64,000 bases of DNA from the human T2T-CHM13v2.0 reference genome, Homo sapiens. Each line of letters begins with the position of its first letter. Position 1 is the stretch's first letter. The notes under the pieces are model-generated. The model was not told the DNA's origin, made no database searches, and saw only the letters and a list, made by a program, of their open reading frames with translations. The DNA lies in assembly GCF_009914755.1 (NCBI RefSeq), contig NC_060930.1. The stretch is one strand, 5' to 3'. Below, piece after piece: positions 47,895 to 64,000 of the stretch. Made by a program: the position numbers and the translations under genes.

Positions 47895-48044
47895 ACAACA
47901 GACAAAACAGGCACACAAGGATTAATATGAGATTTACAATCGTAGTACTTCCGATGGTCTTAACCCAAGTGACAGGGTTAAGATTTGCGAGGCCATCAGC
48001 AACTCCTGCAATTGCCTCAGTTCTTGGCACCAAATTTAAATGGG
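47895..48044 (-). mobile_element. Isolated HERV-K(HML-2) env TM-subunit fragment (150 bp)
   Basis: Translates to [49 protein letters not shown], nearly identical to the recalled HML-2 Env membrane-proximal/TM region. Confidence 0.9.
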
Positions 48045-48348
48045 GGTGATAAAAAGAGTGAAAAATAACAAAATAAGATACTATTTTATTCATACAGTCT
48101 GACCAAAAAAACTGGGTATATGAAAATTTTGAGAATGGGAAGAAACTGACACAATGCATTTTTGGCAGAAACGAAGACTGGTACAGACATTCTGGTGCTC
48201 AATGTACTCATATTTAGTAAAATTGGTTATGAAAACCATAAACATATCCTACATCACAGAAAGCACACTCCGAGAAAATTATCTGAGAAATTTCCCCATG
48301 TGCCCATAGAGGATACTCATCACAGCAGTTTGTAGAAGTAGGGAACTA

Positions 48349-48682
<334 letters not shown>

Positions 48683-49134
48683 TCAAAAAAATAAATATTC
48701 CGGGCCCAGTGGCTCACACCTGTAATCCCAGCACTTTGGGAGGCCAAGCCAGGTAGACCACAAGGTCAGGAGTTCGAGACCAACCTGGCCAATATGGCGA
48801 AACCCCGTCTTTACTAAAAAATACAAAAATTAGCCGGACATGGTGGCGCGTGCCTGTAGCCCCAGTACTCAGGAGGCTGAGCCAGGAGAATCGCTTGAAC
48901 CGGGGAGGCGGAGGTTGCACTGAGCCAAGATCCTGCCACTGCACTCCAGCCTGGGCGACGCAGTGAGACTCCATCTCAAAATAAACAAATAAATAAATAA
49001 AATAAAGAAATAAATCTCCAGGCGCAGTGGCTCACGCCTGTAATCTCAGCACTTTGGGAGGCCAAGGCAGGCAGATCACGAGGTCAGGAGATCGAGACCA
49101 TCCTGGCTAACACGGTGAAACCCCGTCTCTACTA

Positions 49135-49395
<261 letters not shown>

Positions 49396-49557
49396 TTAAG
49401 GGGGTGGTATTATATTTTAAAAGTAAGAAAGAATTAAATCAGCCAGGCATGGAGGCTCACCCTGTAATCCTAGCACTTTGGGAGGCCAAAGCTGGAGCAC
49501 CATTTGAGCCCAGGCATTTGAGATAAGCCTGGCCAACATGGTGAAATCCCCTCTCTA

Positions 49558-49782
<225 letters not shown>

Positions 49783-49815
49783 TCATATACATACACAGAG
49801 CCATACAATATTTTA

Positions 49816-49950
<135 letters not shown>

Positions 49951-50607
49951 TTAGTCAGGCGTGATGGTGCGCACCTGTAGTCCCAGCTACTCGGGAGGCT
50001 GAGATAGGAGGAGATTGCCTGAGCCCAGCAGGTCAACGTTGCAGTGAGCCATGGATTGCACCACCGCATCCAGCCTGGATGCCATAGCAAGACCTTGTCT
50101 CAAAAAGAAAAAAAAAAGATAACTAGACAGTGAAGAAACTAGACAAGGCTGGCCGGGTGCAGTGGCTCACGCCTGTAATCCCAGCACTATGGGAGGCCGA
50201 GGCGGGTGGATCACGAGGTCAGGAGATTGAGAGCATCCTGGCTAACACAGTGAAACCCCTTCTCTACTGAAAAAACAAAATACAAAAAATTAGCCAGGCA
50301 TGGTTGCACGTGCCTGTAGTCCCAGCTACTCAGGAGGCTGAGGCAGGAGAATCGCTTGAACCCAGGAGACAGACATTGCAGTGAGCCGAGATCGCGCCAC
50401 TGCACTCCTGCCTGGGTGACAGCGTGAAACTCCATCTCAAAAAATAAATAAATACATAAATAAATGTCCTGAATCTGGTAACTGTGCTATACTTATGTAA
50501 GAGATGATCCTTGTTCTTAAGAAATACATACTGAAGTATTAGGCCGGGCGCAGTGGCTCACTCCTGTAATCCCAGCACTTTGGGAGGCCGAGGCGGACAG
50601 ATCACTA

Positions 50608-50886
<279 letters not shown>

Positions 50887-52286
50887 TCAACCTACTCTCA
50901 GATGGTTCCAAAAAATAATAATATATTACATATGTATGTGTATGAGAGAAAGGAAGAGAAATATGAGTGAGAAAATATATGTTGTGAAATGTTTATAAGG
51001 GTATATGGAAGTTCTTTGTATTATTTTATCTGTGAGTATGGAATTATTTCCAAATAAAAAGTTTAATTGTTTTGACATCAAAACACAACAAACTAAGAAA
51101 TTCATCGAAATATGGAAGGTGGCTGGGCGTGGTGGCTCACGCCTATAATCCCAGTACTTTGGGAGGCCAAGGTGGAAGGATGGCTTGAGCCCAGGAGTTC
51201 AAAATGAGGAAGAACTCGCCAGGAGCGGTGGCTCACACCTGTAATCCTAGCACTTCGGGAGGCCAAGTCAGGGGGATCACAAGGTCAGGAGTTCAAGACC
51301 AGCCTGGCTAAGATGGTGAAACCCCACCCGACTAAATTAGCCGGGCGTGGTGGCGGGCACCTGTAATCCCAGCTACTTGGGAGGCTGAGGCAGAGAATCA
51401 CTTGAACCCAGGGGGCAGAGGCTGCAGTGAGACGAGATCGCACCACTGCACTCCAGCCTGGGCAACAGAGCGAGACTCCATCTCAAAAAAAAAAAAAAAA
51501 AAAAATATGAGGAGGAACTCAAGTGATCCTCCCAGTTTAGCCTCCCAAAGTGCTGGGATTACAGGCATGAGCTGCCTCACCAGTCGCTTAGTCTTTCTTA
51601 TAAACCTTTTTTAACCTTAAAGAAATAATTTAAGAACTAATATCATTTGTGATGAAAAATGCTTATTTGAAGTTCAATATTTTCTTCAATTTCACCCCAG
51701 TTTTTCTTTCATCTATAAAATTCAAGTAAAACTAATTTCAATAATGTTCACATGTTAGTGGTAACAATTTCTAGTAGTAATGGGATGGGTGCTGTTTCTA
51801 CCTTCATCTTTATACTTTTCTGTTCTGCTTGAAATGTGTTACACTGCATTAACTCAACTTTACAAGAATAATTAAATGATCATCCCATAAACAGGAAAGC
51901 AAATATGTAAGTGCATCAAGTTTTTTAAGTTGTTGATTTCTGATGGTGGGGATGATCCTTATAACTAGGGGTGTGTGTGTGTGTGTTGTGTGTGTGTTTT
52001 ATTTTCAAAAAAAGATAGGAAGGCATCAAAATATATATGGTGCTCTGAACAAGAAACAAGTGTTTTATACAAGTGCCTCTTTCCTCCCAGTCAATATCCC
52101 CTAGGCCAGGTCAGGCACGGTGGCTCACGCCTGTAATCTCAGCACTTTGGGAGGCTGAGGCAGGCGGATCGTCTGAGGTAAGGAGTTCCAGACCAGCCTG
52201 GCCAACATGGTGAAACCCCATCTCTACTAAAAACACAAACAAATTAGACGGGTGTGTTGGTGAGCGCTTGCAATCCCAGCTACTCA

Positions 52287-52394
<108 letters not shown>

Positions 52395-53117
52395 TCACCA
52401 AAGAAAAAAAAAATTCCCTAAACCGAAATGTGATTCTCCAGATAGGTAGTGTCCTTGTCAATATGGTGGCAGGAGTTTTCGGCATGTCCTTGAGGGAAAC
52501 TAATAAGGGCTCCTCTAGGCTTCTCCAAAGCTGCTGAATGTGCTTTTTTTTTTTTTTTGAGACGGAGTTTCACTCTTGTTGCCCAGGCTTGAGTGCCATG
52601 GCACAATCTCAGGTCACCGCAACCTCCACCTCCTGGGTTCAAGCAATTCTCCTGCCTCAGCCTCTTGAGTAGCTGGGATTACAGGCATGCACCACCACGC
52701 CTGGCTAATTTTTTGTGTTTTTAATACAGAGAGGGTTTCCCCATGTTGGTCAGGCTGGTCTCGAACTCCCAACTTCAGGCGATCTGCCCGCCTTGGCCTC
52801 CCAAAGTGCTGGGATTACAGGCATGAGCCACGGCTCCCAGCCCCAGGGCACATTCTCTTGATCGTGGTGATGGTTTCATGGGTATATGTGTATATATATC
52901 GATAGTCAAAATTCATCAAATTGTACACTTTAAATATGTGTGATTTATTTCATCAATTATACCTCAGTAAATCTGTTGAAAATGCTCAAAAGCAAAACAA
53001 AATAAATAAACAACTAGATACCCGTACATATCTGTTAGAAAAGCTATCATTTTTGGCTGGCCACGATGGCTCACACCTATAATCCCAGCACTTTGGGAAG
53101 CTGAGGCAGGTGGATCA

Positions 53118-53662
<545 letters not shown>

Positions 53663-54679
53663 TTAGTAATATCTACAAAGTACCAAATAACAATAAAAAA
53701 TATTCCTATAAAAGCCCTGTAATAGAATGTTAAAATAGGGCTCTTTGTAGTTTAGCCTGAGGCCCCAAATCTAAGAAAAATAGATCCAAATACCCACACA
53801 TTCTATTAGAGGAAGCTAGAGCATCGATGGAGGGCTTGCAAAGGGCTTGCTTGGCAAAAATCCAGCTCTACCAGCATTAGCCCATCACCCAACTCCAGTC
53901 TATGTACAGAAGGCTAAAATTTTAATGAGACAGTAAGGATTTCTTTAGAAAGATTGTGTTCACTCCCATGAGAGAGGCAAGGGATACTTCCCCAACCTCC
54001 TCCCAAGCTAAGAGAGGGGTCTTCAGAACTACCAAGATATTTTGTTCTGTGTCCTCTAGAATTGATGGATCACAGAGTCTAGTAAATAGCTGATACCTGA
54101 AATAGTCTACAGGCAAAAGGCTGGCCAGCTGCCCCAGTGGCAAAGCAAGGGGAGGTGACTAGAGTGGAATAGGCGGTGCTTCCCCTGCCGGTGGGCAAAA
54201 GTGCATGGCCTAGAGAAGAGAGCCAGCGCGAGTCATCCTGAGAAGAAGTCAGCCCAAAGAATTCCAAGGAGAGCATACATCCACTCCAGCTTTTGCAGTC
54301 CTCTTAGGAGGTCTTCAGAGATCCCTCTACCAGGGCCCTCTAACAGCAGGTTACCATCAAGAGTGAAGAGACCTCAGATTGAGTGGTCATTTATGATGCC
54401 CTCTATCCCCTGGCTGATATGAAACTGTGCTGGACATTTTCGTTTCTGAAAGTGAACCCCACACCCCCTACCCCTACACACACACACAAAAAAGGCTGTG
54501 AAACCTCGTTGAGATTTCATTTAGGAGATGTGGAAGAGTAATTTGACTGAGCAAATTGAATGGTGAATAGTGAGATTTGTTTTGTTTTGTTTTGTTTTTT
54601 TGCATGCACTGAGCCAAATCCAACTCAATAAAAACTAGTTACACTGGTAATACCTATTAGATACAAAAACAAAACTTGT

Positions 54680-54895
54680 TTAACGTGTCACTAGGCCATT
54701 TTGTAATTTTGTGAACATCATAGAGTATACTAACATAAACTTAGATGGTATAAACTGCTACAACCCAGTCTATACGGTGTAGCCTATTGTTCCTAGTCTA
54801 CAAACCTTTACAGCATGTTATCATACTGAATACTGTAGGCAATTGTATGCATTCCATCATTGACTGAATCATCCTTACACGGCAGTGCATGACTG
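54680..54895 (+). mobile_element. Tigger3-family fragment
   Basis: GTGAACATCATAGAGTATACTAACATAAACTTAGATGGTATA...GCATGACTG. Confidence 0.65.
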
Positions 54896-55172
54896 TGTTT
54901 GAGTGCTTAACCACCTGCCAGATGCCTTTCTAAGCCTTTAACATATTAACTCCTTTGATCTTCACAACTTCAGGAGGTACTACAATTATTACCCTTATTT
55001 TCAGATGGAGAAACAAAAACACAAAGAGTGTATCTAAGGACATACAGCTACTAAGTTTTCATAATGCTCAGCCACTTCCTTGTAGATAGAACAAGCAAAG
55101 AAAGCTCCCCTTCTCCACAAACACAACCCAGAGCAATTCTTTTCCTTATTAGATTCATGTTTGTATCATTTA

Positions 55173-55574
<402 letters not shown>

Positions 55575-55585
55575 TTATTTTTAAG

Positions 55586-56080
55586 CCAGTGGCTCTCAAT
55601 CTTTAGTGTGCATCAGAATCACCTGGAGGACCTGTTAAACCATGGGTTACTAGGACCCACCCAAGAATTTCTGACTCAGTAGGTCTGAGGTGGATCTGAG
55701 AATCTGAATTTTTGTTTTTTTGTTTTGTTTTGTTTTGTTTTTGAGACGTTGTCTCACTCTGTTGCCTGGCTGGAGTGAAGTGGAGCAATCTGCCTCACTG
55801 CAGCCTCTGCCTCCCAGGTTCAAGCAATTCTCCTGCCTCAGCCTCCTGAGTAGCTGAGATTATAGGTGCCTGCTACCATGCCTGGCAAATTTTTTTATTT
55901 GTGGTAGAGACAGGGTTTCACCATGTTGACCAAGCTGGTCTCTAACTCCTAACCTCAAGTGAGGTCTTTCCAAAGTGCTGGGATTACAGGTGGGAGCCAC
56001 CATGCCTGGCCTGAGAATCTGTGTTTCTAACAAGTCCTCAGATGATGCTGGTCAAGGGGCCACTTTGAGAATGACGGTAT
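55586..56080 (+). mobile_element. MER5A interrupted by an Alu
   Basis: CCAGTGGCTCTCAATCTTTAGTGTGCATCAGAATCACCTGGAGG...TTTCTAACAAG..GATGATGCTGGTC..CACTTTGAGAA. Confidence 0.8.
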
Positions 56081-56418
56081 TAGGACCCTTAACTTCCTCA
56101 ACTTCAGTTTTCTCACTGATAAAATGGGCATAACAATAGTGATGTTGTGTCTATTAATGGAGACATGGAAGAGGAAGTGCTTAGTTAATTGTACAGCTAT
56201 AGAGGAACATGGTTAGCAATTACTATTATTGCACATTTGACTTTAAGAGTGAATGCTAGGCCAGACTCAGAGGCTCACACCTGTAATCCCAGGACTTTGG
56301 GAGGCCAAAGCAGGCAGATCATTTGAGGTAAGGAGTTTGACACCAGCCTGGCCAGCATGGTGAAACCCCATCTCTACTAAAAATACAAAAATTAGCTGGG
56401 CCTGGCAACCTATGCCTA

Positions 56419-56535
<117 letters not shown>

Positions 56536-56920
56536 TCACCAAAAAAAAAAAAAAAAAAAAAAAAAGCCGGGTACGGTGGCTCACATCTGTAATCCTAGCA
56601 CTTTGGGAGGCTGAGGTGGGTGTATCACCTGAGGTCAGGAGGTCGAGACCAGCCTGGCCAACATGGTAAAACCCCATCTCTACTAAAAATACAAAAGTTA
56701 GCCGGGCATGGTGGCGGGTGCCTATAATCCCAGCTACTCAGGAGACTGAGGCAGGAGATCACTTGAACCCAGGAGGCAGAGCTTGCAGTGAGCCAAGATC
56801 ACACCACTTGACTCCAGCCTGGGCAAAAGGGCAAAACTCCGTCAAAAAAAAAAAAGAAAAAAAGAAAAAGAAAGAGAGAGAGAGAAAGCAAGCAAGCAAG
56901 AAAGAAAGAACGGAAAAGAG

Positions 56921-57010
56921 AGGGAAGGGGAGGGGAGGGGAGGGGAGGGGAGGGAAGGGAAGGGAAGGGAAGGGAAGGGAAGGGAAGGGAAGGGAAGGGA
57001 AGGGAAGGGA
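56921..57010 (+). repeat. Polypurine (AGGGG)5(AGGGA)12 tandem repeat grown from an Alu tail
   Basis: Counted directly, downstream of the Alu at 56566-56870. Confidence 0.95.
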
Positions 57011-57389
57011 GCTGATGCTGCGCTACGGTAAGTGTAGATGTTTGATCTTTCAGACCTTACCATAGCAATCCATATTCAAATATGTGGGCATAAGGAGGGA
57101 CTCAATATCATATGGAATGAAGGGAAGACCATCTTCACGTGTTAACTCCTCATCCAATCTGCCAATACAATAAATTTTCTTATATATCTTGCCAAGAATA
57201 AGAATGTTTCCCACACATACATACACACACTGGAGTTTCACTGTATACAAATTGTTGTTGTTGTTATTGTTGAGATGGAGTTTTGCTCTTGTCACCCAGG
57301 CTGGAGTGGAATGGCATGATCTCAGCTCACTGCAACCTCCGCCTCCCAAGTAGCTGGGATTACAGGTGCCCGCCACCACACCTGGCTAA

Positions 57390-57569
<180 letters not shown>

Positions 57570-57645
57570 TCAGCTACCCAAAGTGTGAATATCCCACTGG
57601 GCTGATAGATGATAGATGCACCTGAAAGCAATAACTGTGATATAT

Positions 57646-57923
57646 GTTGTATGGCAGACAAACCTGAGAGCAGTAACTTAAGAAATGAAAGTTGCCATGT
57701 AGCACTTGCTGCCAGGTGGGTGCTAAATGAAGATGCTATATAAACGGCATGCTTTTTGCAAATGGTTGTTGTTCTCCTGTCCAGTCCACTGTCACTGGAC
57801 TGTCCCTGTCTATAAGTTCCCCCTAATAAAACCCTATGTCTCCTCCACTGGCTCCAGGTCTCTTCTTTGACTTCTTGAACCTGGTGCCATCCTTACTGAA
57901 GTTAATAGGGGTCTGGCACTACA
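57646..57923 (+). mobile_element. ERV solo LTR (probably ERVL class, family uncertain), internally deleted
   Basis: TG...CA ends, TATATAAA box near 57737, AATAAA near 57825, 3' end GTTAATAGGGGTCTGGCACTACA. Confidence 0.65.
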
Positions 57924-59706
57924 GCTGACTGTTGGAGATATATATTATTCCAAAACCTAGGCATTAAATGCAGGCAAATTAATTCATATCATGTTCAACT
58001 TTTAGAGAAATATCTAGCTATGACTAATCATGAGGAATTTTGTACTCACTGTATTTTTGCACTAATTTTTGTACTAACTATATTTGGCACTTTTAAGCTA
58101 AAGCCCCTTAAAAATGCAAGTAGGTGGTATCTCCCTTTATATCCTGCACACAAGATTACATTTGTTAAACTGCTGTGTCAGAAAGTTCTCCACATTGAGC
58201 CAGAATCTGCATCCACAAACTTCCAAACACTAGAACTTATTTTGCCTTCTAAAATATCACAGAATAGTTCATCTTTTGTTGATGATAAAGCCTTCAAGAT
58301 GTTAGACAGATGCCTTCTCTCACTGCACCCTAATCCTCCTTCATTCATCTTATGACATTATCTTAAAAAATTATGCTTACTGTTAAAGAAAATAATTCAA
58401 AATTAGTAAGCTTGCTTTTAGTTAAATAAAACAACTAATTTCCCTTCTTCAGGACATACTGAAGTTTTGCATGAAGGACATGACCCCTCAATCCTATTTA
58501 CATTACCAAATGACTTGCTGGTAGATAATCATATCTGAATTCAAAAGACTAAAAAGTTTCTCTTTGGAGTAAAAATTAAAGAAACAAGAATTACCTCAAA
58601 AAGTTCCCCACACTCCTGGCCCTTCTCTCTAACCCAGAGATCTGTGAACTACATTTTTTTCTTTCACACGCAGCACCCCTAGGCCATGCAACAAGTATTT
58701 GAACAAAAAGGAACCACTTCAGAAACTAGAAATGGGACCTTCAGAACCATGTGGGCTGAGAACCAGCCCTAGCTTTAGCCCTCAGCCTCCCAAATGTTCA
58801 AACCAAAATATGATAGCCATTACAAATAAGGCTGCAAAGGACATTCTTTATAAAACAATTCCTAGAAGGTTGGTTTTTTTGGGCGTTTTGTTTTTGTCTT
58901 TGTTTTTTTTTTGTTTGTTTGTTTTTTTCATTATCTCAGCTCATTGCAACCTCCCATTTCCCAGGTTCAACTGATTCTCCTGCCTCAGGCTCCCGAGTAG
59001 CTGGGACTACAGGCATACACCACCACACCTGGCTAATTTTCATATTTTTAGTAGAGATGGGGTTTTGCCATATTGGCCAGGCTGGTCTTGAACTCCAGAC
59101 CTCAAGTGATCCGCTCTCCCCGGCCTCCGAAAGTGCTGAGATTACAGGCGTGAACCACGGTGCTTGGTCTCCTAGAAGTTATCTTGAATTGTAGTGTTGA
59201 GATGCAGAATATCAGGAACTTTTTCCAAATGGCATTGGTTTAAATGTCTGCCAAACTCACAGGTGAAAAAATGCATTTAATTGTGTCGGTGTACATTTCT
59301 AAGCTAGAGGCTGAATACTTTCTCTCAGAAGCATGTGGGTTATTTGCATTTCTTCATTTGCTGATTGTTCTGTTATGATATACTTACTGAGGATGAGCGC
59401 GGTGGCTCACGCCTGTAATCCCAACATTTTGGGAGGCCAAGGTGGGCAGATTAGCTGAAGTCAGGAATTTGAGACCAGCCTGGCCAACATGGTAAAACTC
59501 TGTCTCTACTAAAAATACAAAAATTAGTTGGGTGTGGTGACATGTGCCTGTAGTCTCAGCTACTCAGGAGACTGAGGCAGGAGAATCACTTGAACCAGGA
59601 GACAGGGAGGTTGCAGTGAGCCAAGACTGAGCCACTGCACTCCAGCCTGGATGACAGAGCAAGATTCTGAAGAAAAAAAAAAAAAGAAAAAAGATATACT
59701 TCCTGA

Positions 59707-59935
<229 letters not shown>

Positions 59936-60509
59936 TGATCCGCCTGCCTCAGCCTCCCAAAGTGCTGGGGATTACAGACGTGAGCCACCTCGCTGGGCCT
60001 ACTTACTGATTTGTGAGAATTATTTAACTACTCATGTATTAGCCACTTGCTCGTCCTTATATTGCTGATTTGCCCCTCACCCCACCTCATTTTGACTTTT
60101 TTAAAAGAATAGAGGCCAGGCACGGTGGCTTACACCTATAATCTCAGCACTTTGAGAGGCTAAGGTAGGCAGATTGCCGGAGGTCAGGAGTTCGAGACCA
60201 ACCTGGCCAACATGGTGAAACCCCACCTCTACTAAAAATACAAAAATTAGCTGGGCGTGATGACACACACCTGTAATCCCAGCTACTCAGGAGGCTGAGG
60301 CAGGAGAATCGCTTGAACTGGGAGGTGGAGGTTGCTGTGAGCTGAGATTGTGCCACTGCCCTCCAGCCTGGGCAGCAGAGTGAGACTCCATCTCAAAAAC
60401 ATTAAAAATATAAAAAAAGAATGGGACTTTCCAATTTTTTTAGCTCCCTGATCTAGTATTATTTTGATTTATGATTTCTGCCTTTGATGTTGGGTTTATA
60501 GAAGCCTGA

Positions 60510-60752
<243 letters not shown>

Positions 60753-61674
60753 TAGCCAGGATGGTCTCGATCTCCTGACCTTGTGATCTGCCTGCCTCGA
60801 CCTCCCAAAGTGGTGGGATTACAGGTGTGAGCCACTGCGCCCAGCCTTTTCTACCAGTTCTTACATTTACATTTTTAATTTATTTTTTAATTTATTTTTT
60901 AGAGACAGGCTCTTGCTCCATCACCCAGGCTGGAGTGCAGTGGTACAATCAGAGCTGACTGCCAGCTTCCAACTCCCGGGCTCAAGCAATCCTCCCACCT
61001 ATCTCAGCTTTCCTGAGCAGCTGGTACTACAGGCATGTTCCACCACACCCAGCTAATTTCTTAATTTTTGTAGAGATCGGGTCTTGCTATGCTGCCCAGG
61101 CTGGTCTAGAACTCGTGGCCTCAAGCAATCCTTCCACCTTGGCCTCCCAAAGTGCTGAGATTACAGATGTGAGCCACAATTTTATTTTTAGTTTACAACA
61201 GGAACCTGGGGGTAGGGGGGTAAATCAAATAATCCTAAGTAATCATTAATCTTGGAAAATCAAGTTATAGGGCTTGAGTGAGAAGTGCCATCCTAACCAA
61301 CCAACATCTTCTCATCACCCAGATGTCAGTAGGCTCTGCCAGCCTACCCCACCCACAAAATCACCATCCTGAACATGGGATAGCCCCTGACCCCAGCACT
61401 TGATTATCTGTATTCTTTAAAAGACAGATGGGTCTGGGACTCTTCTCATCAAAATTTACTAAAGCTTCAAAAAGAGATAAATTGTCTATCTGTTCCTCTT
61501 TTTAGTTCTTTTCCCTCCCACAGACCCCAAGCCCTATTTTCTTTTGCCCTAATACTCCTGTTTCTTTTGCCCTACTTGTCCCCATTAAATTCCCATGCCT
61601 GTGAAAGAAGTTTAGGCTAGGAGCCCTATGTTGCACATTTTCTTCTCCTTTTATAGTGGTACAATGAAATATTA

Positions 61675-61975
61675 CAGTCATCTCTCCCTATCTGAGAGAT
61701 TTGTTTCAGCACCCCCTCTCCCATACCAAAATCCACAGATGTTCAAGTTCTTAATGTAAAATGACATGTTTACATATAACCTATAAACATCCTCCCCTAT
61801 ACTTTTTAATAATCTCTAGATTACTAACAATACAAATGCTATGTAAATAGTTACATTGTATTGGGGTTTATTTGTATCTTTACTGTTGCATTGTTATTGT
61901 TTTCTTTCTGAATATTTTTGATGGGAGGTTGGTTGAATCCGTGGTTGCAGAACAGCGGATACAAAGGTTTGATCG
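61675..61975 (+). mobile_element. MER2 (Tigger-type) DNA transposon fossil
   Basis: CAGTCATCTCTC..ATACCAAAATCCACAGATGTTCAAGTTCTTAATGTAAAATG...GGTTGGTTGAATCCGTGG. Confidence 0.8.
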
Positions 61976-62939
61976 TAGTTAATTTGGCTCTTTTGTTTTG
62001 TTTTACAGTACTGCTCCTTGCAGAACAGGGCTAACTCATGGGCAGTGATCCCAGGGTCAGCTAATTTGGCATTTTCATGAGGGTAAATCTTATCTATCCC
62101 CAATGCAACAATATTTAGACTGTTGAAGCTAGAAGGAAAAGAGGAATCCCATGAAACTAAGACCAGCTTTTGAGAATTGGAGTGAAGTTTGGAAAACCTG
62201 GTCCTTCCCTTTCTGCAGCAGAGATTGCAAAATGGCTACAAGACTTGGTGCAGCAGCCCCTCTCTGGACAAATTCCAACGCTGGAATTCTAGTGCCATAC
62301 AGATAACTCCTCGAAAAAAATATTTCTGCCTCTGATTAGTTACCATACAATTTAATATTCCAAATTTCTTTCATGTAAGTAACACCCCAGACACTTGTTT
62401 TCTGAAAATAGTCTCTGAAATCCTGAAAATGTTCGTGGGCCACATTGTCATTTTTGTTTTCTTCCTAAAACACCACTCCTGAGTATGTAGCAAAGCAGAC
62501 ACTCAACAAATATATATTTAAATTTTTTCTTTTTTTTTTTTTTTTTTTTTTTGAGGAGTCTAGCTGTGTCGCCCATGCTAGAGCACAGTGGCGCAATCTT
62601 GGCTTACCACAACCTCTGCCTCCTAGGTTCAAGCAATTCTCCTGCCTCAGCCTCCCGAGTAGCTGGGATTACAGGCGCCCTCCACCACACCCAGCTTTTT
62701 TCTATTTTTAGTAGAGACGGGGTTTCACTATGTTGGTTAGGCTGGTCTCGAACTCCTGACCTCGTGATCCGCCCACCTCAGCCTCCCAAAGTGCTGGAAT
62801 TACAGACGTGAGCCACCGCGCCCGACCTTCAACAAATATTTCAATAATGCCATTCAACAAATGAGTCGATGGGAACAGTGGAGAGACAGGGCAGAGCCAT
62901 TAGAGAAGAATCAGAATCCAAACTGATCCTAGGATCCTA

Positions 62940-63550
62940 GCTGCCAGGGACAGGGAAACAGCTTATCTGAGTGGTTCCGGGTGGTTCCATAGTCACCTCC
63001 TGCTCAAAACCTTTGGATGGGTTACCTTTGCTCTCTGCAAGGTCTGCGAGGCCCCGGGGGGAACTGCCTCGCTCCCGTTCCGGCCATGCCCCAGCCGGCT
63101 CAACCTTCTGGCCTAGCCACCATCCTGTTCCCAGGGCTGCACTTCCCTTCCTCCTCGCCTGGCTCACTGCTGCCGGTCACTCAGATCTCACCCAAGGTGA
63201 CTTCCTTGGGGGACCGTCCCTGACCTCCCTGCCCAGGTCTAGTCTCCAACATTTCAGCCTCCCAGCACAGCACCGGTGTTCATTTCTCGGATTCTTACAT
63301 CCATGTGGCTCCTAACCAGACCGGAAGCTCCCGGAGGGCCCGCCTGTCTACAGAGGTTGGGAGACTTGCTCCAGACCACCCTGCAGGTGGCTTCAGTCCC
63401 AGGAGACCTAACAGCGCCTGCCTCGGAGCCCACTTGGGAATGAGTTGGGCATAGGTGACCCCGCGGGGCCCTGCGAGGAACACCCACACCCACTCTGGCT
63501 TCCCCTCTCCCGCTCTATCAGCCCACCCAAAGGGTAAAAAGTCTCATAGG
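62940..63550. promoter_or_regulatory. GC/CpG-enriched patch, candidate regulatory element
   Basis: Elevated GC and retained CpGs in mostly non-Alu sequence; the left part may be L2-derived. Confidence 0.35.
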
Positions 63551-64000
63551 GCCCGGAAGGGCGCGGTGGCTCACGCCTGTAGTCCCAGCATTCTGGGAGG
63601 CCGAGGCGGGCGGATCACCTGAGGTTAGGAGTTGGAGACCATCCTAGCCAACATGGCAAAACCCGGTCTCTACTCAAAATACAAAAATTAGCCGGGCACG
63701 CCGGCGCGCGCCTGTAATCCCAGCTACCTGGGAGGCTGCGCAAGAGAATCGCTTGAACCCGGGTGTTGGAGGTTGCAGTGAGCCGAGATCGTGCCACTGC
63801 ACTACAGCCTGGCAACAGAGTGAGACTCCGTCGCAAAAAATAAATTAAAAATAAAAACATTTCATAGGGCCCCCAAAGAAATCACGTATACATTTAAATG
63901 TAAGACATAAATACCGGGAGGTGGTGTGATTGGTGGGATCTCAATTTCCTTAAATGGACAATGAGAATATTTTGAGAATTCAGTTAATAAAAGAGCCCAG

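Noticed and set aside
47794-48159. 121-aa ORF as a co-opted env gene
   Set aside because: Only about 49 aa are env-derived; no signal peptide, SU domain or promoter.
62900-64000. DPPA5 or KH-domain exons
   Set aside because: No KH-like coding sequence recognised in the window; those exons should lie outside it.

Overview
Human genomic DNA: it carries human-specific L1HS-Ta and AluYb9 insertions. From recalled protein sequences and retrocopy content I identify it as the 5' part of KHDC1 and its upstream region, in the KHDC1/DPPA5/KHDC3L/OOEP germ-cell and early-embryo gene cluster (6q13, from memory, not a database lookup). The window is very Alu-dense (about 85-90 copies by eye). It holds four plus-strand processed pseudogenes (RPSA, EIF3E, SDCBP2, PAICS), an ERVL gag-pol relic, LTRs, DNA-transposon fossils and old L1M/L2/MIR fragments. 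KHDC1 runs on the minus strand. Coding exon 1 (24192-24354) lies in a CpG island, and the next coding exon (6643-6685, 43 nt) is carved from the antisense strand of the EIF3E retrocopy, with retrocopy-specific substitutions falling on its splice signals. Other highlights: a twin-primed 4.1-kb L1PA that split the KHDC1 promoter CpG island; an orphan 150-bp HERV-K(HML-2) env fragment with no LTR or TSD; a 33-bp retroposed insert inside the RPSA pseudogene; and an Alu-tail (AAGGG)n repeat. Most ORFs in the supplied track are Alu or L1 artefacts.
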